Of a DNA stretch of 64,000 bases, positions 39,772-50,473 are shown in pieces. The notes beneath the pieces are model-generated. The model ran no database searches, was not told the DNA's origin, and saw only the letters and a list, made by a program, of their open reading frames with translations. Made by a program: the position numbers and the translations under genes. The first letter of the stretch is position 1, and the number at the start of each line of letters is the position of its first letter. This DNA is from Thermodesulfobacteriota bacterium. GTDB lineage: Bacteria; Desulfobacterota_D; UBA1144; Nemesobacterales; CSP1-2. The stretch is taken from positions 132 to 64,131 of the forward strand of contig DATMAT010000028.1 in the NCBI GenBank assembly GCA_035559815.1, read 5' to 3'.

Positions 39772-40131
39772 ATGTTAGCAGTCGGCTCCATTCTAATAGG
39801 TCTAATATCGGGAATAGCCAGCGGCTTTTTCGGAATAGGCGGGGGATTGGTAATGGTCCCGGCCATGGTCTATTTCTTTCAACTTACCCAGCATCAGGCG
39901 CAGGGGACCTCCCTTGCCGTTCTTACCCCACCTCTAGTTCTTTTTGCCGCGATAAAATACTACAAAGAGGGAAACGTCAACCTACATATGGCGATATTTA
40001 TCGCACTGGGCTTTGTCGGAGGCGCCTACCTAGGGGCCACACTCGTTCATTATATCTCCGACCCGACACTCAAAAAACTTTTCGGTGTAGTTCTTCTCAT
40101 TGTCTCTATTAAGATGATACTGGGAAAGTAA
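39772..40131 (+). CDS. half-size TauE/SafE (DUF81) family membrane protein
   Basis: 119 aa with about 4 TM helices. The family-typical segment is GIASGFFGIGGGLVMVPAMV...AQGTSL. A GGAGG SD is present. Confidence 0.7.
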   Translation: MLAVGSILIGLISGIASGFFGIGGGLVMVPAMVYFFQLTQHQAQGTSLAVLTPPLVLFAAIKYYKEGNVNLHMAIFIALGFVGGAYLGATLVHYISDPTLKKLFGVVLLIVSIKMILGK

Positions 40132-40151
40132 AGAACAAAGTGAAAAGTTAT

Positions 40152-40201
40152 GAGTTAAGAGTGAAGAATTTGAGCATTTTCTTTTTTCTAACTCTTAACT
40201 C
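40152..40201. terminator. bidirectional stem-loop between the convergent TauE-like gene and miaA
   Basis: GAGTTAAGAGT (40152-40162) pairs with ACTCTTAACTC (40191-40201). The loop is T-rich. It overlaps the miaA stop. Confidence 0.5.
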
Positions 40202-41126
40202 TATAAAACGTCTCGACTTCATCCATTAACTTATCCCGGTCCTCGGGAAGCCGATGCCAGCGAATATCCTTATCTTGTCTGAGCCAGGTCATCTGGCGCT
40301 TGGCCAGTCGTTTGGTATCACGTTTTATTAACTCTATTGCCCTCTCCAGTGTAATCTCGCCATCCAGATATTGATTCATTTGTTTATATCCTATGGATTG
40401 CATCGGCTTTAAGTCTCTGCCAAAGCCCATCCCCCGGAGTTTTCTTACCTCGTCGAGAAGCCCTTCCTCCATCATCTTATCCACCCTTTCATCTATCCTC
40501 TTTCTCAGAACCTCTCTTTCTGCGGAAAGCCCGATTTTCAGCACATCATACTCATTCTCTTTAAAGCCATGTTCTTCCTGAAGTTGAGACATCTTCTCCC
40601 CGGTTAGATAATAAGCCTCCAGCGCGCGCTCGACCCGGACATAGTCATTTCTATGAATACGATAAGCGGAATCGGGGTCTAGAGACTTGAGCTTTTCATA
40701 CAAGTAGACAGTGCCAAAAACAGATTTAAGTCTTCTCAGGTGGTGCCGAATTTCCCGGTTTGCCGGAATCTTCTCGACTATTCCGTGAAGCAGTACCCGG
40801 ACGTAAAGATAGGTGCCGCCGACTACTATGATTTTTGCTGATTTCCCGTGAAGCTCACCAATCAGCGGTCTGGCGGTCTTGGTATAGATTCCGGCATTGT
40901 ACTCTTCGTCTGGGTTAACTATATCGACTAGATGATGGGGAATGCCTTCTCGGTCCGCTTCTTTAGGCTTTGCTGTGCCTATATCCAAGTATTTATAAAC
41001 CTGGAGGGAATCGGCATTGACTATCTCTCCCCCTATTACTCTAGCCACCTCGATGCCGAGCCTGCTTTTTCCCACGGCAGTGGGACCTAAGATTATGACT
41101 AGTTTGGGCTTATTCTCTGACGACAA
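40188..41126 (-). CDS. miaA: tRNA dimethylallyltransferase
   Basis: The P-loop is ILGPTAVGKS. The motifs NADSLQVYKYLDIGTAKP and PHHL are present. 312 aa. Confidence 0.93.
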   Translation of the reverse strand: MSSENKPKLVIILGPTAVGKSRLGIEVARVIGGEIVNADSLQVYKYLDIGTAKPKEADREGIPHHLVDIVNPDEEYNAGIYTKTARPLIGELHGKSAKIIVVGGTYLYVRVLLHGIVEKIPANREIRHHLRRLKSVFGTVYLYEKLKSLDPDSAYRIHRNDYVRVERALEAYYLTGEKMSQLQEEHGFKENEYDVLKIGLSAEREVLRKRIDERVDKMMEEGLLDEVRKLRGMGFGRDLKPMQSIGYKQMNQYLDGEITLERAIELIKRDTKRLAKRQMTWLRQDKDIRWHRLPEDRDKLMDEVETFYRVKS

Positions 41127-41237
41127 ATTCTATGGGCTGATATATTCAAAACGTTTAAAACTTAAGTGTATTAAACTGAATTTAATCAACAAACACTGCA
41201 ATCTTAGGTTGTACTCAAATGAACCACTTTGCACCTT

Positions 41238-41309
41238 GTTGTCACCCAGAGCACAGCGAAGGGTCTCCATTTCCCTTAAGATTCTTCGCCTTCGGCTCAG
41301 AATGACAAC
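41238..41309. repeat. about 72-nt REP/MITE-like element with nested inverted repeats
   Basis: The outer pair is GTTGTCA (41238-41244) with TGACAAC (41303-41309). The inner pair is GCGAAG (41256-41261) with CTTCGC (41284-41289). It lies in the 283-nt non-coding gap between pnp and miaA. Confidence 0.55.
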
Positions 41310-41409
41310 GTTTTGTAACTCTATCTCTTAGTACAACTCCTGCTGAAGTTGTCTGAAACTCAGATTCTGACTATAATTAACTCAAAAAGTACAAAGGCTG
41401 CTTTCGGAT

Positions 41410-43530
41410 TTATGTCACCCTTTTTCTATAATCCTCTATGTTTTCCCCCAAAGCCTCTTTTCTACTAAGCCTTATCCTTCCGTCATTCTCGATGCTTATG
41501 CACTTTACCAGTATTTCATCCCCTTCCTTGACGATATCCGATACCGTCCTCACCCTGGTTGGAGCAAGCTCGGAGATGTGGACTAAACCGTCGGTGCGGG
41601 GCATAATTTCCACGATAGCACCGAAATCGAGTATCCGCTTAACTTTCCCTATATAGATTTTTCCAACCTCTATCTCCTGCACGATGCTCTCTACTATATC
41701 CACGGCCTTATCACAGGCCTCTTTGCTGGGTGAGGCGATTTTTACCTTACCGTTTTCGTCGATGTCTATCTGAACACCGGTCTCCTCTATTATCTTCTTT
41801 ATGGTTCTCCCACTGGGGCCGATCACATCTTTTATTTTCTCCGGTTTTATCTGCAATGTTATAATCTTGGGAGCAAAATCGGAGATCTGCGCCCTAGGCC
41901 CGGTTATGATTTCTGCCATCTTTCCCAACACAAATAGCCGGGCAACCTTTGCCTGGTTTAGCGCATCGGATAGTATCTCCCGGGTTATACCCTTGACCTT
42001 GATATCCATCTGGAGCGCGGTAATACCGGATTCGGTCCCGGCGACCTTAAAATCCATATCGCCTAACTGGTCCTCGTCACCCAGAATATCGGTAAGAATC
42101 ACGAACTGATTTTCCTCTTTGATGAGCCCCATGGCTATACCGGCGACGGGGGCACGTACCGGAACACCGGCATCCATCAGGGAGAGTGTCGCTCCGCACA
42201 CAGTTGCCATAGACGACGAGCCGTTTGATTCAAGTACGTCTGACACGACCCGTATGGTATAAGGAAACCTATCCTTAGAAGGAAGGACCGGAAGTATGGC
42301 CCTTTCTGCCAGAGCACCGTGGCCTATCTCCCTTCGTCCCGGGCCTAGCCGATTTCCGATTTCACCCACAGAAAACGGAGGGAAGTTATAGTGGAGCATG
42401 AATCTTTTGGTGACTTCTCCCTCGAGCGCGTCTATCCTCTGCTCGTCATAAGTAGTCCCCAACGTCGAAACTACAGCGACCTGGGTTTCACCCCTGGTAA
42501 ACAGTGCCGAGCCATGGGTACGCGGAAGAAATCCCACCTCGCCGCTTATGGGTCGTATGTCGGTATAGCCCCGACCGTCTATTCTTCTTTTCTCCTCGAC
42601 GATAAGCTTGCGAACCAAGTCCTTTTTTAATTTGTCAAACGACTTGACGATATTGACTTCCATACCCGGAAACTTAGGAGACAAGGCTTTGACTGTCTCT
42701 TCAAAAGCGGTTTGTATAGCCTCCCTCCTGGCAATCTTGGATGATATTCTGATAGCTTCTCTAAGACGATCCCCGGCGTATGAAACCACATTCTCCTTGA
42801 GTGAAGGATCCTCAGCTGAAGCCGGGACCTCTCTCTTCTCCACTATCAGGCCGTCCAGAAGCTCTTCCTGAGGCTTTATGAACTCCTCGATAATACACCT
42901 GTGGGCAAATAAAAGCGCCTCGACCACCTCCGGTTCCGGTACCTCACTCAAACTACCCTCGACCATGATTATGGCCTCCTTTGTACCGGCCACAACTATA
43001 TCCATATCACTCTTTTCCAGCTCGGTTTTTGTAGGATTACAAATAAACTCACCGTTTATGCGGCCCACCCTCACCGCGGCGGCAGGACCGTCGAAAGGAA
43101 CGTTCGAGACCATTAGAGCCGACGATACCGCGGTTACGGAAAGGACATCCGGGTCGTTATCCTGGTCCGCCGATAGAACCGTAACTATGATCTGGGTGGC
43201 GTAGGTAAAATCCTTGGGGATGAGCGGCCTTATCGGTCTGTCTATCAGCCTCGAGGTCAAAACCTCCTTCTCGCTCGGGCGCCCTTCCCTCTTAAAGTAT
43301 CCTCCCGGAATTCTGCCCGCGGCATAAGCCTTTTCCTGGTAGTTGACAGTTAGGGGAAGGAAATCCTCGCCCTCCGATTTCTCCTTTGATGCCACAACCG
43401 TAGCCAGAACCGTGGTCCCCTCGTAGCGGGCCAGCACTGCTCCGTCCGCCTGCTTGGCCAGCCTCCCGGTCTCGATTTCCAGCTCTTTTCCGAACACCTT
43501 GGTTTTTACGCGTCTCACTTCACTGATCAA
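41410..43530 (-). CDS. pnp: polyribonucleotide nucleotidyltransferase (PNPase)
   Basis: 706 aa with two RNase PH domains, a KH domain and an S1 domain. It follows rpsO. Confidence 0.96.
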   Translation of the reverse strand: MISEVRRVKTKVFGKELEIETGRLAKQADGAVLARYEGTTVLATVVASKEKSEGEDFLPLTVNYQEKAYAAGRIPGGYFKREGRPSEKEVLTSRLIDRPIRPLIPKDFTYATQIIVTVLSADQDNDPDVLSVTAVSSALMVSNVPFDGPAAAVRVGRINGEFICNPTKTELEKSDMDIVVAGTKEAIIMVEGSLSEVPEPEVVEALLFAHRCIIEEFIKPQEELLDGLIVEKREVPASAEDPSLKENVVSYAGDRLREAIRISSKIARREAIQTAFEETVKALSPKFPGMEVNIVKSFDKLKKDLVRKLIVEEKRRIDGRGYTDIRPISGEVGFLPRTHGSALFTRGETQVAVVSTLGTTYDEQRIDALEGEVTKRFMLHYNFPPFSVGEIGNRLGPGRREIGHGALAERAILPVLPSKDRFPYTIRVVSDVLESNGSSSMATVCGATLSLMDAGVPVRAPVAGIAMGLIKEENQFVILTDILGDEDQLGDMDFKVAGTESGITALQMDIKVKGITREILSDALNQAKVARLFVLGKMAEIITGPRAQISDFAPKIITLQIKPEKIKDVIGPSGRTIKKIIEETGVQIDIDENGKVKIASPSKEACDKAVDIVESIVQEIEVGKIYIGKVKRILDFGAIVEIMPRTDGLVHISELAPTRVRTVSDIVKEGDEILVKCISIENDGRIRLSRKEALGENIEDYRKRVT

Positions 43531-43554
43531 ACTATTACTACCTCCTTAGAATTA

Positions 43555-43824
43555 CTATTTTCTTAGCCTAAGCTTATCCAGCAGATTCCCATATCTCTCC
43601 GGGCTTATCTGTTTGACGTAGTCAAGAAGCTTTCTTCTCTTTGCGACGATCGAAAGAAGCCCTCTTTTCGAGTGAAAGTCTTGGGGAGCAGACTGCATGT
43701 GTTTAGAGAGTTCCTGAATTCGCCTGGTAAGTATAGCTATCTGTACCTCTGGCGACCCGACGTCTTTCTCATGCAGGCGGAAATCACTGATAAGCTGACT
43801 TTTCTCCTCTTTCTCTAGTGCCAT
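43555..43824 (-). CDS. rpsO: 30S ribosomal protein S15
   Basis: 89 aa. The sequence includes ...GSPEVQIAILTRRI..L..H......D.HS.RGLL..V.KRR.LL.Y. Confidence 0.95.
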   Translation of the reverse strand: MALEKEEKSQLISDFRLHEKDVGSPEVQIAILTRRIQELSKHMQSAPQDFHSKRGLLSIVAKRRKLLDYVKQISPERYGNLLDKLRLRK

Positions 43825-43849
43825 TTAAATTCCTCCTTTTCTTCCTGGG

Positions 43850-44761
43850 TCAGTTGAAAACCCGAAGCAGTTTTAGCACCACTTTATTGCTATCTAATTT
43901 ATCCAAATCATCCGAACTTACAACTGCCTCCCCAATGGAGACCAGTTCGTCTTTCTCATATACCTTCATTTTATCCCCGGCTTCAAATCGAGGAACGTTA
44001 GACCAATTAAGGTAAGACTTTATGACTTGTCTTCCCTGCTTTATGCGCTCCGATACCCCGTCCTTTACACCTATATCTTTTATGTGAAAAAGAGCCTTAC
44101 TCAAGGGAATCAAGTTGACCCTACCCTCTAAGACACTCTCCATAGAGACCATTTCATCTGGGCCAAAACTTCCACTTCGAACCCTCCTGAGCTCGACCAG
44201 GTGTCCACCACATCCTATCTCATTTCCTATCTCCGAACCCAATACCCTTACATAGGTCCCTTTAGAACAGCAGACGAAGAACCGAAGATAAGGAGGGTTA
44301 AACTCCTGAAGCTTTAGTTCTTTAATCATAACTGTACGGCTGGGCCTGTCTACCTCTTTGCCCTGCCTGGCCAGCTGGTAAAGCTTAACACCGTCCTTTT
44401 TGAGCGCCGAGAACATCGGGGGAACCTGCGAGATTCTACCCTTGAACTTGGATAAAACTCTTTGAATATCGGCCTCGGTTATCGCCTCTACCTTCCTCTC
44501 TCCAATAACATTCCCGGTCACGTCCATGGTATCAGTTGCTATCCCCAGCCTAAGCACCGCCTCATAATCTTTAAAGTCTTCATCCAGAAAAGGAATAATT
44601 TTTGTAGCTTTGCCAACACATATAGGCAAAACACCGGTGGCGAACGGGTCCAGAGTACCAGTATGTCCAGCCCGTCTTATTTTGAGTGACCTCTTCACCC
44701 TGCTTACCGCTCCCTGGGAAGTCATACCCTTTGGTTTATCCAAGACTAATATTCCGTTCAC
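43850..44761 (-). CDS. truB: tRNA pseudouridine(55) synthase
   Basis: The sequence reads GILVLDKPKGMTSQ...RRAGHTGTLDPFATGVL (catalytic Asp). A PUA-like C-terminus is present. Confidence 0.93.
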   Translation of the reverse strand: MNGILVLDKPKGMTSQGAVSRVKRSLKIRRAGHTGTLDPFATGVLPICVGKATKIIPFLDEDFKDYEAVLRLGIATDTMDVTGNVIGERKVEAITEADIQRVLSKFKGRISQVPPMFSALKKDGVKLYQLARQGKEVDRPSRTVMIKELKLQEFNPPYLRFFVCCSKGTYVRVLGSEIGNEIGCGGHLVELRRVRSGSFGPDEMVSMESVLEGRVNLIPLSKALFHIKDIGVKDGVSERIKQGRQVIKSYLNWSNVPRFEAGDKMKVYEKDELVSIGEAVVSSDDLDKLDSNKVVLKLLRVFN

Positions 44762-45744
44762 CCGAGTGCCTCGTTTATGGTGCTTAATAATCGCTGACGC
44801 ACGTTGGATAAGCTACCAACTAGCATGCATCCAGCCGCTCTTTTGTGTCCGCCTCCCTCAAATTTTTCGGCAATCACCGAGACATCCACTTCGCTGTTCG
44901 ATCTTAAGCTAACTTTCCACTTTGAGCCGTTTTCTCCGGGCTCTTCCTCTCTGAAGAGCAAGGCCACCTCAACTCCCTTGATTGACCGGGGGAAATTTAC
45001 GAACCCATCCGTATCTTCCCTGCCAGTACCGGTTTGTCTAAACATCTCTCTGTTCACGAATACCCAGGCGATGCGTCCATCCTCGGTAACCTCAAGCGTC
45101 GGCAGTACCAATCCAAGCAGCCTGAGCCTGGCCAATGGCTCACTCTCATAAATGGCATGAGAGACCTCCCAGGGGTCGGCGCCCATTTCGACCAGTTCCC
45201 CCGCTACCCTGAATGTATCTCTATTAGTGTTCGAGTACCTAAAAGAGCCCGTATCAACGACGATCGTAGCATACAGGTTTGTGGCTATGTCTGGAGTGAT
45301 CTGGACAGATAAGGTTTTAAGTAGTGAATGTATTATCATTCCTGTGGAAGAGGCATCGGGGTCGAGAAGGTACAGGTCAGCAGAAGGTTTGTTGGTCTGA
45401 TGATGGTCGATTATGATTTTGGTGCCGACGGTGGTAGAGCCGGCAAAAACCTCAAAATCCTTTCCCACCCTGCTCGTGTCGGTGCAGTCTACGATGAACG
45501 TGGCATCAAAGCCCTCACCAGCGAATTCTAAAGACTTCTTTACCCCATCCGAGCCGGGCAAAAATTGAAGGACAGTCGGAGTCCCGTCCTTGTTGTAGAA
45601 AACAACCTGTTTACCCATGCCTTTTAGGGCTAAGCCTAACCCTAACATCGAGCCTATGGCATCGCCGTCCGGATTCTCATGAGAAACGATGAGGAATCTT
45701 TTTCCCTTTTTTATAGACTGAATTATTCTCTCCAGGTCACTCAA
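44758..45744 (-). CDS. DHH/DHHA1-family phosphoesterase (NrnA-like oligoribonuclease / pAp phosphatase)
   Basis: The motifs are HENPDGDAIGS, the DHH motif IIDHHQ, and GGGHKRAAG (DHHA1). 328 aa. Confidence 0.85.
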   Translation of the reverse strand: MSDLERIIQSIKKGKRFLIVSHENPDGDAIGSMLGLGLALKGMGKQVVFYNKDGTPTVLQFLPGSDGVKKSLEFAGEGFDATFIVDCTDTSRVGKDFEVFAGSTTVGTKIIIDHHQTNKPSADLYLLDPDASSTGMIIHSLLKTLSVQITPDIATNLYATIVVDTGSFRYSNTNRDTFRVAGELVEMGADPWEVSHAIYESEPLARLRLLGLVLPTLEVTEDGRIAWVFVNREMFRQTGTGREDTDGFVNFPRSIKGVEVALLFREEEPGENGSKWKVSLRSNSEVDVSVIAEKFEGGGHKRAAGCMLVGSLSNVRQRLLSTINEALG

Positions 45745-46090
45745 CTTTGACCCCTTTCAGTATATCATCAACCCGGTAGCCTTCTTCAAGCACATCGTCG
45801 TATTCAAAGTGGAAATCAGGAACCCTTTTTATCCGGAGCCTTTTAGACAGTTCCCTTTTTATGAACCCGGACGCACATTTTAGGCCGCTCAAGATTTCCT
45901 CCTTATTTGCATCCTCAGTTAATACCGTAAAATACACCCGGGCAAAGCCTAAATCGTCGGTGATTCTTATGTCGGTGAGCACCGCGGCACGTACCCTGGG
46001 GTCCTTTATGTCTTCTCTAAGAATCATTTGAGAGATTTCCTTGAGAATTAACTCACCGAGCCTGTCCGCGCGCTTGTAACCAAATCCCAA
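45737..46090 (-). CDS. rbfA: ribosome-binding factor A
   Basis: 117 aa. The sequence reads RADRLGELILKEISQMIL...DPR...VRITDDLGFARVYF. It occupies the conserved position after infB. Confidence 0.9.
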   Translation of the reverse strand: MGFGYKRADRLGELILKEISQMILREDIKDPRVRAAVLTDIRITDDLGFARVYFTVLTEDANKEEILSGLKCASGFIKRELSKRLRIKRVPDFHFEYDDVLEEGYRVDDILKGVKVE

Positions 46091-46102
46091 ATGCGGCCTC
46101 TC

Positions 46103-46393
46103 CTAGAAATGAATAATCTCCATCTCGCGGTTTAATATATGGACAATTCCGGTGGTGTCTATAAATTTTAAAACTTGATCCAGGGTGGAATTAACGTAAG
46201 GAGTTTCGTTGCCTACGCACGAGACCCCAATAGTTGCCCTCTGCCAAAGGTCGTGAGAATCAACTTCGGAAATTGAAACATTGACATACTTTGACTTTAC
46301 TCGCTGAATCAAACTTCTCAACACCTGTCTCTTTCCCTTGAGGGACCTATTGCCATTCATGTAGAGCTCTATTTTGAGCAGTCCTACCACCAT
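46103..46393 (-). CDS. DUF503 (YlxP-like) protein
   Basis: The sequence reads MVVGLLKIELYMNGNRSLKGKRQVLRSLIQRVKSKY... The ATG at 46393 avoids overlap with infB. The track's TTG at 46462 lies inside infB. Confidence 0.75.
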   Translation of the reverse strand: MVVGLLKIELYMNGNRSLKGKRQVLRSLIQRVKSKYVNVSISEVDSHDLWQRATIGVSCVGNETPYVNSTLDQVLKFIDTTGIVHILNREMEIIHF

Positions 46394-46409
46394 TATGCGG
46401 AACAAAAGG

Positions 46410-49031
46410 TCAGAGTTTTTGTTTAATTTCCTCGAAGCTGTAAATCTCGAAGGTATCCCCAACCTTTATATCGTTAAAATTCTCGATGCCTATACCACAT
46501 TCATAACCGCTCTGAACCTCTCTTACGTCGTCTTTGAATCTCTTGAGGGAGGAAATCTTTCCCTCGAAGATTACCACTCCATCCCTCACTACCCGGATAT
46601 TATTTCCCCTTACCACTTTCCCGTCGGTAACCAAGCATCCGGCGATTGTTCCCATCTTAGAAACATGGAAAGTGGCTTTGACTTCCGCATGCCCTATCAC
46701 CTTCTCCTTGATCACCGGCTCGAGCAGGCCTTCCATAGCCTTTTTTATTCGGTCGACAGCATCGTATATAACGGTATGAAGCTCCAGTGAGACATTCTCC
46801 CTTTCAGCCGCCTCCATAGCCTTCATATCCGGACGAACGTTGAATCCGACTACTACGGCGTTTGATGCGCTGGCCAGTACAACGTCAGTTTCGTTTATCG
46901 CTCCGACTCCGGCGTGCACTATCTTTACCCGGCACTTATCCGTGCTCAACTTAGTTATGGCCTCTTTCACCGCCTCGACCGAACCTTGGGTGTCCGCTTT
47001 TATGACCAAAGGTAACTCCTTTATCTCTCCCTTTTCCAGCGACTCGAATAAATCCTCGAGCGAGAGCTTGGTTTGCTTCGCCGCTATTCTCTTTCTTTCT
47101 TTGGTTTCTCTAAAACTGACTAGTTGTTTTGCCGTTTTCTCGTCCGCTACAACATAAAATAGCTCACCGGCACTGGGCACGCCGGATAGGCCCATCACCT
47201 CGACCGGGATTGAAGGGCCTGCTTCGTCCACTCTCTTTCCCTTGTCGTCTATGAGAGCCCGAACCCGGCCGTAGGTTCGTTCCGCCACCAGATAGTCTCC
47301 GACCCTCAATGTTCCTTCCTTCACCAGCACCGTGGCCACGGAACCCCTTCCTTTGTCCAGTTGAGCTTCAATGACCACGCCGTTGGCCCTCTTGTTGGGA
47401 TTCGCCTTGAGCTCAAGTATATCCGCCTGGAGAAGAACGAGCTCCAGCAGTTCATTTATGCCTGTTTTCTTCTTGGCCGATATTTCTGCAAACAAGGTAT
47501 CTCCACCCCATTCTTCGGGAACCAACCCTACTTCCGACAGTTGTCTCTTTATATTATCGGGATTGGCCTCGGGCTTGTCGACCTTGTTTATAGCGACTAC
47601 TATAGGAACACCAGCAGCCTTTGCATGGTTTATAGCCTCCACCGTTTGCGGCATAACACCGTCGTCAGCAGCCACCACCAGTATAACGATATCCGTGACC
47701 TGGGCACCCCTTGCCCTCATCGCAGTAAATGCTTCATGTCCGGGCGTGTCGATGAATACAACATGTCTTCCATCCACCTTCACACTATAAGCACCGATAT
47801 GCTGCGTGATTCCCCCCGCCTCCTGCTCCACCACTTTTGTATGTCTTATGGCGTCAAGAAGGGTGGTCTTTCCATGGTCAACATGTCCCATCACGGTTAC
47901 GACGGGAGGCCTTGGAAGAAGTCCCTCGCCCTCGCCCGTATTTTGATCGAGAAGAAGTTCTTCCTCAGCGAAAATATCCACCGAAATCTCATAGCCGAAC
48001 TCCTCGGCTAAAATAGCTGCAGTCTCATGGTCTATAGACTGGTTTATGGTAACCTTAGCGCCGAGAGACATGAGCTTTTTTATCACATCACCGGTCTTTA
48101 CGCTCATGCTCTTGGCCAGATCCCCCACATTAATGGATTCACCGACCTTTATGACCCGTTTTGCCTGTTTGGAGGGAAAAGGAATTACCTGAGCAGACTC
48201 AGTATCCTTTAGATGCGTTTGTGCGCTTTTGAATTGCCGCACCCTTTGTGCATTGTCGTGAGCCCTTCTATAAGTCCCGCCGTCGCCCAATGTCTTTCCT
48301 CGAGACCGGCGGTCTTCGACCAAATACTCTCTTTTCCTCCCCGGGAGCTTGGTCCGGAAAGCTTTTCTCAGTTCTTCAAGGGTTTCTTCATCTATAATTT
48401 CTTCCCTCTTGGGCTTAGCCTTACGCCCCTTCTTTCGTAGAACCTTGGACTCGTCTTCCTTCTCCTCTTCGGCTTTTTCCGGTGCTTCCGTTTTTGCCTT
48501 AGCCTCCGCTACCGGTTCTCCCGTCGCCGATGTTAAATCCTCCTCAGCCGCCCCATTTTCTAAGCGAACGATGGGTTCCTTAGTATCGGCCGGCCTATCC
48601 TGTTTATCGAATCCCTCCATCTCCTCGTGCTCCACGACCTGGGCTGGTAAATCCGTCTTCGAAGATAATGAGAGCATGTCTTCTTTTACTTCCTCCTCTG
48701 GTGTAGGGGCCTCTTCTGTCTCTACTTCTTCTACTTTTTTCTTTTTCCTGATTATTACGGTGCTTCCTTTCCTCCTTTCTACTACCTCTTCCCCGCTTTC
48801 GGATCGAAACACCTTTACCGCTTCCTTCGTTTCCTTGGCTTCAGCCTGGTCCGCGGCACGATTTTGGTTTTTGGGTATCTGTATTTTTTCTCTTAATTTT
48901 TTAGCTTCCTCTTCGGAAACCGAACTGGCGTGGCTGCGCACAGCTATGCCCATGTCATTTGCCGCATCTATGACCTCCTTATTCGATACACCTAATTCCT
49001 TTGAAAGTTCATAGATTCTAATATTTGCCAT
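46410..49031 (-). CDS. infB: translation initiation factor IF-2
   Basis: 873 aa. The G domain reads [27 protein letters not shown] charged low-complexity N-terminal region is present. Confidence 0.96.
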   Translation of the reverse strand: MANIRIYELSKELGVSNKEVIDAANDMGIAVRSHASSVSEEEAKKLREKIQIPKNQNRAADQAEAKETKEAVKVFRSESGEEVVERRKGSTVIIRKKKKVEEVETEEAPTPEEEVKEDMLSLSSKTDLPAQVVEHEEMEGFDKQDRPADTKEPIVRLENGAAEEDLTSATGEPVAEAKAKTEAPEKAEEEKEDESKVLRKKGRKAKPKREEIIDEETLEELRKAFRTKLPGRKREYLVEDRRSRGKTLGDGGTYRRAHDNAQRVRQFKSAQTHLKDTESAQVIPFPSKQAKRVIKVGESINVGDLAKSMSVKTGDVIKKLMSLGAKVTINQSIDHETAAILAEEFGYEISVDIFAEEELLLDQNTGEGEGLLPRPPVVTVMGHVDHGKTTLLDAIRHTKVVEQEAGGITQHIGAYSVKVDGRHVVFIDTPGHEAFTAMRARGAQVTDIVILVVAADDGVMPQTVEAINHAKAAGVPIVVAINKVDKPEANPDNIKRQLSEVGLVPEEWGGDTLFAEISAKKKTGINELLELVLLQADILELKANPNKRANGVVIEAQLDKGRGSVATVLVKEGTLRVGDYLVAERTYGRVRALIDDKGKRVDEAGPSIPVEVMGLSGVPSAGELFYVVADEKTAKQLVSFRETKERKRIAAKQTKLSLEDLFESLEKGEIKELPLVIKADTQGSVEAVKEAITKLSTDKCRVKIVHAGVGAINETDVVLASASNAVVVGFNVRPDMKAMEAAERENVSLELHTVIYDAVDRIKKAMEGLLEPVIKEKVIGHAEVKATFHVSKMGTIAGCLVTDGKVVRGNNIRVVRDGVVIFEGKISSLKRFKDDVREVQSGYECGIGIENFNDIKVGDTFEIYSFEEIKQKL

Positions 49032-49153
49032 TCTTTTAGCACCCTTGGAAAGGATATAACGATTCCCTTGGTCAAGACTATGTTACCCAAAACTTTAATA
49101 TTATGCAAAAGTGATAGGGTTAAGCTCCCCGCGCTCAGAAATGAAAAATACGG

Positions 49154-50461
49154 TCAGCTTTCATGCACCTCGTCAGTTTGGTTGGAGGGCTGTTCTGATA
49201 AAGACATCTTTTCCAGTCTGTCTTTGAGGGCAATCCTCGCCGCAACCTGGATTTTTTGCGCGTCCTCCTCGCTTTTGAGGCCACCGGATTTGGCCAGGGT
49301 CTCCGGATCGGAAAATGCGATATCCTCCAAAGAGTGAAATCCTTCGTTATACAAAAGGTTAGCCGTGACCTCTCCGACATTGGGCAGGGTCATGAGTAGA
49401 GAAACAACCTCCTGTTGCTCGCGCTTCACCTGTGACTCGGTCTTTATATCTATCCTCCATTCAGTGAGCTGGGATGCCAGCCTTACGTTCTGTCCCCGCC
49501 TTCCTATTGCCAGTGAAAGCTGGTCATCATCGACAATCACCTCCATAGACCTGTTGCTCTCATCGATAATAACCTTGTTTACCCTGGCCGGGGAAAGGGC
49601 ATTACAGACGAACCTAGCCGGATCCGATGACCAAGGAACGATATCAATCTTTTCACCCCTGAGCTCCTGAATGATATTTTGCACCCTCGAGCCTCTCATA
49701 CCTACGCAAGCTCCTACCGGGTCTACATCCGAATCCTTGGAAGCAACCGCGATCTTGGTGCGGCTCCCCGGATCCCGGGATATGGATTTAATTTCCACGA
49801 TACCTTCGGTTATCTCCGGAACCTCAGCCTCAAATAATCTCCTGACGAAGTCGGGGTGAGCTCTCGAAAGTATTAGCTGCGGGCCTCTTTTGGTTTCCTT
49901 TATATCTATGAGCACTGCCCTCACCCTTTCTTTAGCCTTGTAATATTCCTTGGGAACCTGCTGGATTTGGGGTATTACGGCTTCAGTCCTTCCCAGGTCT
50001 ACGATTACATTCTTTTTCTCGATTCTTCTGACAATCCCGCTCACCAATTCACCTTTACGACTCTTAAACTCCTCGTAGATTACCTTTCCCTCGGCTTCCT
50101 TGAGCTTCTGCAGTATCTTCTGTTTTGCGTTTTGAATGGCGATCCTGGTAAAATCCGGGTTGATTTTTACCCCGATCAGGTCGCCCAGTCCGGCTTCCGG
50201 GTCTAGCTCCTTTGCCTCTTCCAGGCTTATCTCCAAGTCCGGGTCCTTAACCTCTTGAACAACCGTCTTAAACTCGAATAGCTCTATGTCGGCTTCCTCC
50301 TCGTTATAATGTACTTCGAGCTCTTTATTCTTGTCCTCCATTCGAAAAAGCTTCTGGGCAGCAGACAGGACCGCCTCTTCGATGGCGGCAATGATAGCCT
50401 CTCTTTCTACGCCCTTGTCCTTGCTCACAGAATCTATGACCCGGCTGAGTTCGGTAGCCAT
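49154..50461 (-). CDS. nusA: transcription termination/antitermination factor NusA
   Basis: 435 aa with an N-terminal domain, S1, two KH domains (GACVGMRGSRVQ, AIGRRGQNVRLA) and a C-terminal HhH-like repeat. Confidence 0.96.
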   Translation of the reverse strand: MATELSRVIDSVSKDKGVEREAIIAAIEEAVLSAAQKLFRMEDKNKELEVHYNEEEADIELFEFKTVVQEVKDPDLEISLEEAKELDPEAGLGDLIGVKINPDFTRIAIQNAKQKILQKLKEAEGKVIYEEFKSRKGELVSGIVRRIEKKNVIVDLGRTEAVIPQIQQVPKEYYKAKERVRAVLIDIKETKRGPQLILSRAHPDFVRRLFEAEVPEITEGIVEIKSISRDPGSRTKIAVASKDSDVDPVGACVGMRGSRVQNIIQELRGEKIDIVPWSSDPARFVCNALSPARVNKVIIDESNRSMEVIVDDDQLSLAIGRRGQNVRLASQLTEWRIDIKTESQVKREQQEVVSLLMTLPNVGEVTANLLYNEGFHSLEDIAFSDPETLAKSGGLKSEEDAQKIQVAARIALKDRLEKMSLSEQPSNQTDEVHES

Positions 50462-50473
50462 TCGTATAACCTC

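Noticed and set aside
47361-49014. Plus-strand ORFs of 216, 139 and 221 aa antisense to infB
   Set aside because: Their translations are low-complexity and Ser-rich, and they are fully embedded in the IF-2 coding region. They have no SD and no recognisable domain.
49135-49380. An 81-aa minus-strand ORF overlapping the 3' end of nusA in another frame
   Set aside because: Its basic, low-complexity translation lies entirely within or abutting nusA. I also considered whether it could be the ylxR-type gene often found between nusA and infB, but it has no resemblance to that family as I remember it, and the nusA-infB gap is only about 120 nt.
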